Assembly (NCBI GenBank): GCA_951406725.2
Contig: OX597836.1
Location: 42,594,001 to 42,658,000, forward strand
DNA: 64,000 bases
Direction of reading: 5' to 3'
Source of the DNA: Octopus vulgaris
Lineage: Eukaryota
The notes beneath the pieces are model-generated. The model was not told the origin of the DNA, made no database searches, and was given only the letters and a program-made list of their open reading frames with translations. The translations under genes were made by a program, and so were the position numbers. Every line of letters begins with the position of its first letter. Position 1 is the stretch's first letter. This document shows positions 1-11,227 of the stretch, piece after piece.

Positions 1-240
1 TGAAGTCTTTGTACCGTTTGGTGAGTTGGTGGTTGACCTATGATCAAAGGTATTTCTCTTGTAACCATTCTGTCTATGGCAAATATTATATTATTTAATG
101 TATCCTGTCCTATGTTATGAAGAAGGTGGGCAGTTTGAGAGAGGTTTGACTGCTTTATATATTATGCATATATATACTTGGAAACAAGTAAATTTGGTTT
201 CCGGAGGGGGGCATCTGGCTGTAGAGAGTCTGCCAGTTTA

Positions 241-838
241 ACTGATAACTGGTAAGCTAGGGAGCTGCACCAGGTTCCAATCTAATTTGACAGGGTTTCT
301 ACAGATGGGTGCCCCTCCTAACACCAACCACTGCAAGAGTGTAAGGTGTGTCTTTTACGTGCCAGTTACGAAACCCCAGCATCAGCCATGACTACGATCT
401 CACTTGACTTGAAAGATCTTCTCAAGCACAAGAATAATTAATTGATATACAGAGAATGAGAGAGAGAGTTAGATGAAATAAGAGATGGATAGTAAAAGAG
501 ATGAAGCAACTGTGTAATTAATAGAAAAATAATTAAAGAGATTGAATGGCAAAGTGACAAACTGTTATCCAGAAAGATACTTAGACAAACTGTAAGGTGA
601 ATATGAAGGAATATAAAGGATACCCTGAACTAATGCATAGACAAAAGAACAGACAAAGAGACAGTTATTGAGAGAGAATTATAAGGTCAGACAGAGAAAC
701 AGACAAAGTAAGAGACCGATAAATTGATAAGTGAATCTATGGAAATCTTTGAACTTGTTCTAATGTTATGTTTCTAATATGACAGGTCTGTCAAGAATTG
801 AAGGATGAAATCAACCCCGAAAGACTCCACATAAAACA
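241..838 (+). pseudogene. Partial duplicate of intron 1 end plus the first ~53 nt of exon 2
   Basis: Direct repeat of 1310-1907 (offset 1069). Includes an intact acceptor at 784-785 and VCQELKDEINPERLHIK, then diverges and stops at 861-863. Confidence 0.85.
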
Positions 839-930
839 AATAGAAAGATGGGCAGGTGTATAAATTTTCTGATAGAATAAGGAAAGCAAGGGAGACTAAT
901 AGATTGTTAGACAAACAGACAGACAAATGT

Positions 931-932
<2 letters not shown>

Positions 933-1007
<75 letters not shown>

Positions 1008-1013
1008 CGGACG

Positions 1014-1099
<86 letters not shown>

Positions 1100-1100
1100 C
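933..1100. repeat. (GATA)n/(GACA)n compound microsatellite
   Basis: Directly visible. Confidence 0.95.
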
Positions 1101-1854
1101 ATATCTTCTTGTAAGGTTGTGGGAACGATAGACAGGTAAGGTAATAAGACAAAGCAATATATGAATAGATTGGCGGATAGACAGATTCTGAAAAGATAGT
1201 CATCTGATTAGGCAGCTGGATAAAATTACTGATGGATAAAAGAACAGACAAATCATCATCATCATCATTTAATGTCTGTTTTCCATGCTGGCATGGGTTG
1301 GACAGTTTAACTGAAAACTGGTAAGCTGGGGAGCTGCACCAGGTTCCAATCTAATTTGACATGGTTTCTACACATTGGTGCCCCTCCTAACACCAACCAC
1401 TGCAAGAGTGTAAGGGGTGTTTTTTACGTGCCAGTTACGAAACACAACCATCAGCTCTGACTACGATCTCACTTGGCTTGACAGATCTTCTCAAGCATAA
1501 GAATAATTAATTGATAGACAGAGAGTGAGAGAGAGAGGTAGATGAAATAAGAGATGGATAGTAAAAGAGATGAAGCAACTGTGTAATTAATAGAAAAATA
1601 ATTAAAGAGATTGAATTGGAAAGTGACAAACTGTTATCCAGAAAGATACTTAGACAAACTGTAAGATGAATATGAAGGAATATAAAGGATACCCTGAACT
1701 AATGCATAGACAAAATAATAGACAAAGAGACAGTTATTGAGAGAGAATTATAAAGTCAGACAGAGAAAGAGAAAAACTGAGAGACCAATAAATTGATAAG
1801 TGAATCTATGGAAACCTTTGAACTTGTTCTAATGTTATGTTTCTAATATGACAG

Positions 1855-2880
1855 GTCTGTGAAGAATTGAAGGATGAAATCAACCCCGAAAGACTCCACA
1901 TAAAACACATCCATATTTCTAATAATAGCAGTTGGTCTGATATTTCCAACATGTACAATACATTCACCAATTGTTCCAGTATCACCAACACGAAATGGAA
2001 AATTTGTATTTTTGATGATTTCCAGAACATTCAAGAAAGCTTCCTTCCAGGTTTCCAGGAGCTTTGCGACAATGACTTTCCACTGCACAGAAATCTAAAA
2101 ATCATTCTCATATTTAGTGGTGGAAAACCATTTCAATTTGATGGAATCCGGTTTGGAAAGTGTAAAGTGAGTCCATTGTCCATTAAAGATGCCCAGCTTC
2201 TTTTCGGTCGCTGTTCAGACATTGAGACGGATGATGAGAACAAAGAACAAATACACAACATCATCAGATATGCCTGTGGCCTGCCAGGACTTCTTATTTA
2301 CTTTGCAGAAATATTCTCCCAATTTCGTCATAATTTCTCTTTTGATGATATCTACAAAATGATTTGTGATGAAACCAAGCTCAATGACTGGCTGGACGAA
2401 TGTACAATTAACAGACGTAATATTAAGCAAGAAATGGACAAGTACTTTTCTCAACTCTCTCTCGAACAGCAAGAAGCTATCAAAGTGCTTTCATATTTTC
2501 CTGGAAGATTTGGTATTGAGGAAGCTGTTGAAATGACTGGTTCTTCTAGTCAACCAGCTTCCAAGATGCATGTTTTGATGCCACTTGTCGAACAAGGTTT
2601 GATCAGTTCAGATTTAGAATTACAGAATTTCCAAGTACAAGAATTAATACGTGCAATTACCAAACAACAGATTGACAATGTACACAGCAATGATTTGGTA
2701 AAGCTCAAATATACAAACATTATTGGGAAAAGTTTGATGAAGGCTCAAGATATTTATGATAAAGGCCTCATATATGAAGCACTCGGAATAATGAAGAACA
2801 ACTGGGAAAATATTTCGTTTCTGATGAAGAAAGGGATTGAAGCACCCTCAGATGGTAGGACATATGGAGTTTATTATGAG
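1855..2880 (+). CDS. NB-ARC/STAND-TPR gene copy A, coding exon 2 (NTPase core and winged helix, 342 codons)
   Basis: gacag|GTC acceptor and GAG|gtaaga donor, phase 0/0. Motifs: Walker B WKICIFDD, LSIKDAQLLF, ACGLPGLL (GLPL-like), LSYFPGRF, LVEQGLI, FQVQELIR (MHD position). Near-identical copy at 45709-46734. Confidence 0.9.
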
Positions 2881-3535
2881 GTAAGATTTTTTGTCCTTAA
2901 CAACGTGTCTTCTATCTTGTGTTGTAAGTCAGTCTTTCATATGTCGCATTTTAGTTTAACCTGTGTTATATCTTCCGACATCTTTACCATTGGTTCTCAA
3001 TTGAGGGCCATATGGCCCATAAGGGTCCATATAAGAGTCTGCTGTTGTTAAAATATATCAGCAAGAAATTGGTTATACTTCGACAATACACAAAATATTA
3101 CAAAAATTTTTTAATACCATTCTTAATAATAATTACAAAAATATATGATTCTTTTAAACATCGAATGTCTAGGATGGTCCAATAGAGTGGAATAGCAATG
3201 AAAGGGGTCTATAGGTAAAAAACGGTTGAGAAACCCTGCTGTAAGCTCAGCTTAGTGTCTCTTCTGACCCTTCTTACAAATCCTTTCTTGTTACATCTGT
3301 CTTTTATTACATCTTATTTGGGGTTTTTTTCTGTTACATCTTAATCTGCACTCCGGCTACCTTGGACTAAGTGTCACTCAGAATATATTAGGTCAGACTC
3401 ACTGTAGTTCATCAAACTCAGCCTCTTTGACAGTTTCAGTCTATCCTACTTTCTGTCTGTTCAGATCTGAGTCTGACTCAGTATATCACGTATCAGACCT
3501 CATTTGGTTAGTTGATCTGAAACTCAACTGACCTC

Positions 3536-4040
3536 AACTGTCATGGTTTTAGGGTTTGTCAACAATGAAGGACATGTTATGCCTCCTTATTTTTTTCCAT
3601 AAGGCCTTAAAGTTAACTCTGCCACCTACATTGGGGTCCTGGAAATAATTGTTAAACCCTGGATAGACTGTGTATGTAATGGAAAGCCATATGTGTTTCA
3701 GTAAGACTCTGCACTATCACACATGGCTCTAGAAACACAGGAATGGATGGTTGAAAATTTTCACGATCACATTTGGCCTCCGAATTCCCCAGATCTCAAT
3801 CCATTGGATTATTACGTGTGGAGCGTTGTTGAGAGAGAGCTCAATGAACATGCCTATAACGCCAAAGATTCTTTGAAAGCTGCCATAGTCAGAGTCATGT
3901 CCAAAATGAACCAGGACCACTTGATTCGAGCATGTAGGGGATTTAGATCTCATATAGAAGCAGTTGTTGAAGATGAAGGTGGCTTTATTGAATAACATTA
4001 TAGAAAAGAAGGTTCATTTTTATCCTCATAGCATTTTTTG
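3536..4040 (+). mobile_element. Tc1/mariner transposase remnant
   Basis: WPPNSPDLNPLDYYVW motif in ORF 3723-3995, stops upstream, absent from the homologous intron of copy B. Boundaries approximate. Confidence 0.85.
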
Positions 4041-4282
4041 ATAAATAATGTTATCATCTGTTTTTTTCTATAAACATAAATCTGTCCTCAAATTTTTTTA
4101 CTATCAAATTTTTTGTTTTCTAGATATGAAATTGTGACCATGTAAATTTTAAATGTAATTTTTTTCTCTTTATGGGGAAAATATGTGGATATTTTTTTTA
4201 TGACTGTTGTGCAGTGAGTCTAAAAAATTGTGCATAAAGTATATAAAGTATATATACATACACACACACACACACACCGCAC

Positions 4283-4371
<89 letters not shown>

Positions 4372-4405
4372 TAAATATAATATGTGACAATTACTCGGTA
4401 GCCAA

Positions 4406-4466
4406 GATAAAACTCTGAGTTTCGGATGCCGAGGTGGAAATCCACACCACCATCTCTTCAGTTATC
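4406..4466 (-). ncRNA. Minimal type I hammerhead ribozyme motif (mirror copy)
   Basis: Reverse-complement arm of the palindrome with the same core, stems and triplet. Confidence 0.62.
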
Positions 4467-4516
4467 TTGCCATCTGAAAAATGGCCAGATAACTGAAGAG
4501 ATTTTTCCGATGGCCG

Positions 4517-4577
4517 GATAACTGAAGAGATGGTGGTTTGGATTTCCACTTCAGCATCCGAAACTCAGAGTTTTATC
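4517..4577 (+). ncRNA. Minimal type I hammerhead ribozyme motif
   Basis: Stem I gataa/ttatc, core CTGAAGA, stem II gatg..catc, GAAA, palindromic stem III ACTC-a-GAGT, cleavage triplet GUU. Confidence 0.65.
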
Positions 4578-4681
4578 TTGGCTACCGAGTAATTGTCACA
4601 TATTATATTTACAGATAAATTCCTCTATTTACATAATATTGATGTATCTTTCTTTTGTTATCTTACCGTTTTTATCAATAT

Positions 4682-4745
<64 letters not shown>

Positions 4746-5393
4746 GCATTAAATAATCGTCGTATTCCAATTTCCTTCACTTTTCAATGAATAGTAGATG
4801 AGTGACTATCCTCAGACACAACACAGGATACGCTTTCAGGCTTTTGGGGTAAAGTTTTCAGGAATAACCCAATAGGTTTACTATTAATTCTGTGAAGTAT
4901 TCATGGGTCCTGCTAGTTATTATTATTAATGTTATTCAAGGAGTAAGCTAGCAGAATCGTTAGCATGCTGGACAAAATGCTTAGCGACATTTCATCCGTC
5001 TTTACATTCTGAGTTCAAATGCTGCGGAGGTCAACTTTGCTTTTCATCCTTTCAGGGTCAATAAATTAAGTACCAGTGAAACACTGGGTCGATGTAATCG
5101 ATTAAACTCCTTCCCCAAAATTTCAAGCCTTTAGTAGAAAGAATTATTATTATTATTATTTCCCTGGGGCAGTAAAGATTTGAAATCATTAATATTTTTC
5201 ATAAAAACATTGATTTCATATATTGGAACGAGGCCAGCAATTTCTGGGAAGAGGAAAATTGATTTGAACTCAGAACACGAAGACAGACAAAATGCCACCA
5301 AGCATTCTGTTTAGTGTGCTAATGGTTCTGCCAGCTCACCACATTATTTCTACAGACAAAATATTAACACATGTTACTATCTTTGTCTTTTAG

Positions 5394-5550
5394 ATAACAT
5401 TAAAAGCCTCAAATATACTGATGCTATGTCACCCTAGAGATTCAAGACAGTTTTTCCAAGCATGTCTACAAAACTCCCTGTTATTTGGTAATGAAGAAGA
5501 ACAAGCTTTTATGAATATAGCATATGGTGTATCATTGACAGATTTACCAG
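5394..5550 (+). CDS. Copy A coding exon 3 (ITLKASNILMLCHPRDSRQFF...SLTDLP)
   Basis: tttag|ATA ... CCAG|gtatga, 157 nt, phase 0/1. Same length and homologous to 51977-52133. Confidence 0.88.
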
Positions 5551-6700
5551 GTATGATATGACTATGATGTGTCGTAAGTTTTATCGTAATAATTCCAATG
5601 TGCACTCTACGTCCTATCTCTATTCTTTCTCTCTCTATTGTTCTTCCTTTCGTTTTTCCCTTCCTCTCGTTCCCTATTCTTCTCCCCTACTCTTCACCAT
5701 TCGCCCTCTCTCTCCCTCTTCTTCTTTGACACTCGTTGCTCACACGTGACCAATGGCTATCTATCTTTCTTTCTTCCACTTCCTTCATAAAGACAAGATA
5801 TGCATTTGCCTGTCTTTTCTGAAAGCTCGTTTTTCCAGCGTTTCCCACGTCGCATTGTCTTGGCTTAGCAGCCCTCACCATTTGGTTTTACTGTTTTGTT
5901 CTTGCTGTCCTGGTTTTGTTAGAACTTTAACCCTCTGCAAAAAATCTCAAAATTTATCTAATTTGCTTGGTGGGAAGGATTGTTTTAATGAAGTCACATC
6001 TTGTCCCTACCTTCGAAACAGGGAACAACTGTTGAGGGGAATGTTCTTTATGTTGCCTGTCTCGCTTCTCTATTTATTTCTTTTGTTCTTCAAAAGAACT
6101 TCGCTTTCTATGGTTTTGCTTTTTTCTGTTCTCGTTTCTCATTTTGTTCCCGTTCTTTTGATGTCCTGTAAACATATATGCATGTATATATGCATATATA
6201 TGTAGGTATGTACATATATGTATTTATACATGCGTATATTTATATTTTATTTATATTATTATATTATCAAACACCACACATCCATTTCCAAGTAAGTTTT
6301 ATCTATATATATCTATATATATATATCTATATCTATATCTACTACATGAACATGAAGATTGCAGAATTTAATGCATGAAAGTACTAGTTCAATCAGAATG
6401 AACATTTAACATTCTACTATTTTATTTTATTTTATTCTATTATATTATATTATCTTATAATATATCATTATAAGATTGTAAATAAAACGTGAAAATCAGA
6501 CAAGGTTGGAATTCCTTTTATTAATATATATATATATATATATTTTAACCCACGCTGGTGGAAAGGGGAGAGCAGAAATTCTTCGCTTGCATATTCGAAT
6601 TTGATAGCACTTTTAGTTCGAGCAGAATTCTAGAGGTGATTAGAAGCCGAAAGGGTATGCTCCCGACTTTCAGTGTTCCCAAATCCGATTCAAGGAATTC

Positions 6701-6752
6701 TGAGCTGAAGAAAGAAATGTCGAATTGACTAATCTAGAAACGTACGTTCTCA
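6701..6752 (+). ncRNA. Minimal type I hammerhead ribozyme motif, copy 1
   Basis: tgag CTGAAGA aaga..gtc-gaatt-gac..tcta GAAA cgtacg TT ctca: stem I tgag/ctca, palindromic stem III ACGTACGT, GUU triplet. Confidence 0.62.
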
Positions 6753-7254
6753 AATAACCTTTGCACTTGATTTTTTAATGTTTTTTCCCCCATACTTTTG
6801 TGAGTTGGTTTAGGCAAGCACTATCTGAGAGAGATCTTTAAGTATTAGAAATAGCTGAAGAAATTTCTTTAGCTGCTATTTCTAATGAGTTCAGTATGTG
6901 GCAAAGTAATTTATTTTACTAAGCCCTTATATATAATGTAATGTTTTGAATTCGCCTATAATGGTCCCTTTACATACTGAATACTTGGTGAAATTGATTA
7001 ATAATTAATTAATTTTACCCTCAATTGTTGAAATTATAATTCATCTCTCTCTGCTAAATGCTGCGGTTTTCACCGTTAATACATGGTGTTTGTCAATTTT
7101 AACCCACGCTGGTGGAAAGGGGAGAGCAGAAATTCTTCGCTTGCATATTCGAATTTGATAGCACTTTTAGTTCGAGCAGAATTCTAGAGGTGATTAGAAG
7201 CCGAAAGGGTATGCTCCCGACTTTCAGTGTTCCCAAATCCGATTCAAGGAATTC

Positions 7255-7306
7255 TGAGCTGAAGAAAGAAATGTCGAATTGACTAATCTAGAAACGTACG
7301 TTCTCA
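7255..7306 (+). ncRNA. Minimal type I hammerhead ribozyme motif, copy 2
   Basis: Identical to 6701-6752. Confidence 0.62.
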
Positions 7307-7753
7307 AATAACCTTTGCACTTGATTTTTTAATGTTTTTTCCCCCATACTTTTGTGAGTTGGTTTAGGCAAGCACTATCTGAGAGAGATCTTTAAGTATT
7401 AGAAATAGCTGAAGAAATTTCTTTAGCTGCTATTTCTAATGAGTTCAGTATGTGGCAAAGTAATTTATTTTACTAAGCCCTTATATATAATGTAATATTA
7501 TATATATATATATATACAGAAATAATTTATCCTCAAATGCGTGATGATGCTAATACAATAGCATAAACAGTATAAACTATCCATATTTAACTGAAAGAAT
7601 CATTACCAGCCAACTTTTGAGAATAAATTATTTCTGTATCTTTCAAAACAACGCTTCTAAAGCAAACTTTGTTTACTTTCATGCAAACATACATACATCG
7701 ATACATATATATATATATATATATATATAATAGAAATGTGTTACAGAAAGAAA

Positions 7754-7819
<66 letters not shown>

Positions 7820-7839
7820 GTAATATGTTACAAAAAGAA

Positions 7840-8580
7840 AATACAAACTACACGTGGTAATGTAAGGGGAAAGTAAGAAAAATAGATGAAAATGCTCATT
7901 GTAAATAAAAAACAGTAAAGGCTTTTTATGCAAATTAACGAAAGATATATACAATTGGATGAACTGAGGTAGGAATAAAAGTAATAAAAGTCATTATTGT
8001 GAAATTATTAAAGAGATTCAAGCATACCGGTTTCATAAGGTACTAATCATTGCTTTTAATACAACTATTCATAGCTTTGAATGCACACCGATTAATGGAC
8101 GGTGTCAGGTCTAATAGTTCCTGAGAAAAAAGATTATTTGTAAGGGAGGTAAATAGTTCTGGATTTGGTGCAATTAGGTTAGATATAGAATTGTAATGTG
8201 AATGGTGTAATGGATGTATGGAGGTCAGTGGTATTAATTGAAAGTTTAGTAGTGTTCTGTCTTATGTTATGTATTCATATTTAGTTGTGGAAGATATTTA
8301 TTGATGAAAGTTGCCTCTTTATTCATTGTTTGTTGCATTGAGGTGTTCTGTGAACATTGATAGAAGGGGGAAATTTGGAAATTAGGATTAAGATTCCTAG
8401 CACACCTTTCTATGTGTTCACTAACCTGTAACTGTCTGTATTGAGGGTGACGGATTTGTTCTTTGTGGGTAGTGGTTCTTCGACGGAGTGATATTCCTGT
8501 TTGGCCAATATAGTTGTTACGACATCCTAAGCATGTCATGGAATTTACAATGTGCATTTTCGTCTATTTTTCTTACTTTC
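7840..8580 (-). mobile_element. Penelope-like element 3' fragment (GIY-YIG endonuclease end plus 3' region)
   Basis: ORF 8267-8557 TCLGCRNNYIGQTG...LRRR..H...SEH...E..FI...P.LN matches the Penelope GIY-YIG pattern. Degenerate hammerhead at 8020-8055. Boundaries approximate. Confidence 0.82.
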
Positions 8581-8623
<43 letters not shown>

Positions 8624-8624
<1 letters not shown>

Positions 8625-9563
8625 AAGGGATGGAGGATCCTACGTAGTAGTTTGATCTGCTAGAAACACCAGCCAAATCTCGCTCAAATCTCACACTCAC
8701 GTAAAAATATGCAATAAACTTTATCTTCTTAAAGTTATCTCTACACATTCTCTATAGAAAGTAGAGCCAGCATTGAAAGATACAACGTTTCCTATGCGAA
8801 TACATCTTTGTAAACAATGTGATAAAAGGTATAAAAATAAGTAATGGGTGTATATGCATTGTACAACAGCACTGTATATATGCACATACAGATATGTGTG
8901 TGTATGTGTGTAAGTATGTATACATATACGATGGGAATCTTTCAGTTTCTTTCAACCAGATCCACTCATAAGGCTTTGGCCAGCCTAAGGCTATAGCAAA
9001 AGACACCTGTCCAAAGTGTAATGCAGTGGGGCAGAACTCAGAACCCTTTGGTTGAGCAGGAATGTTCTTACCACACAACCATGTCGGAGCTTTTTAATGA
9101 ATAATTGATGATAAACATCATTTGTCTGCTGTGTGAATTGAACACACCATGCTATATTGAAAAGGCAATGGAATACAAATTAACACTTGAACCACATTAC
9201 CAATATGTAACACTTGTGAGTCTTTAAGTTTATTAATTACTGGTTGAGACGCCATATCTCGTTATGAAATCATAATACACAACCGAGTATATTAAAGGCT
9301 TATCAGTTGATACTGTGCTGTTGTACAATGCATATACACCCATTACTTATTTTTATACCTTTTATCACATTGTTTACAAAGATGTATTCGCATAGGAAAC
9401 GTTGTATCTTTCAATGCTGGCTCTACTTTCTATAGAGAATGTGTAGAGATAACTTTAAGAAGATAAAGTTTATTGTATATTTTTACGTGAGTGTGAGATT
9501 TGAGCGAGATTTGGCTGGTGATTCTAGCAGTTAAAACTACTACGTAGGAGCCTCCATCCCTTT
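8624..9563. repeat. ~255-bp inverted repeat with ~430-bp spacer
   Basis: 8624-8877 is the reverse complement of 9310-9563 with few mismatches. Confidence 0.9.
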
Positions 9564-9905
9564 AATACTTATTCGTCTGTTGTTGTTATTGATGCTGACC
9601 TCCCGGTTATTTTTGCTATAATGACCTATGATCAAAGGTGTTCTGTCTGATCATACCTTTTGCTATGTATATCTAGGACTACGTCATCTAGTGTGATCTT
9701 CCTTTTTGTAAGAAAACTCGGTGATTTGAGTGAAATTTAGCTGTTATTTCTGACAATGTTGAGTTACTGTTCGAGGCGACCATTGCCAGTGATGTTGTCT
9801 GTTGCTTTTTTATTATTTGTAGATGTTGCTGTTGTTGTTGTTGTATGTGTAGCTATTACTTTGGGCATCATTGTAACACAGAATATTTTCTTGGGTTTTC
9901 CACAG

Positions 9906-10053
9906 GTTATGGAGGATACAAAGAAGCCATGGAGCACTACAAGAAGGCTTTGGATGTATTGAAATCGAGAAACATCCAGTACCGACAGGTGCTGCTGTAC
10001 AATAGCATGGCAGACAACGCTCATATGCGGGGAAATCATGTGGAAGCCTTGAA
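9906..10053 (+). CDS. Copy A coding exon 4 (TPR-like: YKEAMEHYKKALDV...LLYNSMA)
   Basis: cacag|GT ... TTGAA|gtatgt, 148 nt, phase 1/2. Paralogous to 53384-53531. Confidence 0.87.
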
Positions 10054-10095
10054 GTATGTTGTACAAGTCAGATGAAAATCTCTCTCCCTCCCACT

Positions 10096-10129
<34 letters not shown>

Positions 10130-10911
10130 CTATCTCTCTATCTATCTATCTCTTATATCTATTATACTATCTCCCAACCTTCTTTTCTCTTATTCCCTAT
10201 TTTCCTTTCTTCCTCATTCATCTCTAACTTTTCCTCACTCCCACTTTTTTTCATTAGTATAATGCACACTAATTAACATGTAATATTCATCTCATTAATT
10301 ATCTTAGATCCTATATTACTTACATATTTATGTTAATTAAGTATCATCATCATCATCATCATCATCATCATTAATGTCTCTTTTCCCATGCTGGCATGGG
10401 TTGGACAGTTTGGTCAGAACAGACACACCAGAGTGCTCCACCAGCTTCTAAGCCTGCTTTGGCAAGGTCTTGCAGCTGGGATTCTTCTTAAATGCCACAA
10501 GCACCAATGAGATCACCAAGGATCTGCAAGATGAAACCCCTCAACTGAACGGAGCACAAACTGGAGAAAGAAGCTCTGAGAAAACATTCTATCAACATTT
10601 CCTTTTAATTTATCAAAAACATTTTATCAAAATTTCTTCTGAATTTATCAAAATGAAAACATTTTATTAAAATTAAAGCATTTTGTCAAAATTTCCTCTT
10701 AATTAAAACATTCTATTAAAATTTCCTTATAATTTATCGAAATTAAAACATTTTATCAAAATTATGATTTCTCATCTCTCAAAATTCCCTCTTAATTTAT
10801 GTTCCAAACATTAGCTTTTAATGCATTTTTAACAGGAATATAATAAAGAAGGGGTTACATTTGGACCCCTATGAATTCATGTGTTGATGAGGAATACAAT
10901 GTTAGTGATAC

Positions 10912-10950
<39 letters not shown>

Positions 10951-10971
10951 GGATGATAATGATAATGATGA

Positions 10972-11005
<34 letters not shown>

Positions 11006-11063
11006 GGTGGTGGTGGTGGTGGTGGTGGTGGTGGTGGTGGTGGTGGTGGTGGTGGTGGTATCA

Positions 11064-11095
<32 letters not shown>
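10912..11095. repeat. (GAT)n(GGT)n(GAT)n compound microsatellite
   Basis: Directly visible, just upstream of the exon 5 acceptor. Confidence 0.95.
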
Positions 11096-11117
11096 AACTG
11101 CTTGATTTGTTTCTCAG

Positions 11118-11227
11118 TTTTGCAGAAATGGGTTACAACATGACCGTTAATGATGCGAGCCCACAGATGGTGCAGGATGCGAAGATCAAATGTGCCTCTG
11201 ACCTGGCCTACAACCTCTCATTTGTTG
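11118..11227 (+). CDS. Copy A coding exon 5 (FAEMGYNM...LAYNLSFV)
   Basis: tctcag|T ... GTTG|gtaata, 110 nt, phase 2/1. Paralogous to 55313-55422. Confidence 0.85.

Larger units (their letters stand above)
4371..4612. repeat. Near-perfect palindrome with arms of ~110 bp, probably inverted Penelope-like termini
   Basis: 4371-4482 is the reverse complement of 4501-4612 with few mismatches. Confidence 0.9.
6542..7496 (+). mobile_element. Non-coding direct-repeat element (401+153+401 bp) carrying hammerheads; retrozyme-like or Penelope pLTR tandem
   Basis: 6542-6942 equals 7096-7496 (offset 554, no difference seen by eye). Flanked by (TA)n on both sides, no ORF. Confidence 0.7.

Noticed and set aside
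2881-3051. C-terminal extension of the 394-aa ORFs ending VCCC (CaaX-like), conserved in both copies
   Set aside because: Lies after a consensus GAG|gtaaga donor. Its conservation is explained by the near-identical intron tract, although an intron-retained short isoform cannot be excluded.
10054-10075. Alternative exon 4 donor after YVVQ (caa|gtcaga)
   Set aside because: Phase 0 does not join exon 5 in frame. The AA|gtatgt donor fits in both paralogues.
10871-11143. Poly-D/G and poly-M/V ORFs; likewise poly-H/T near 16040-16370 and CV/HT ORFs near 27550-28070
   Set aside because: Tri- and dinucleotide microsatellite translations.
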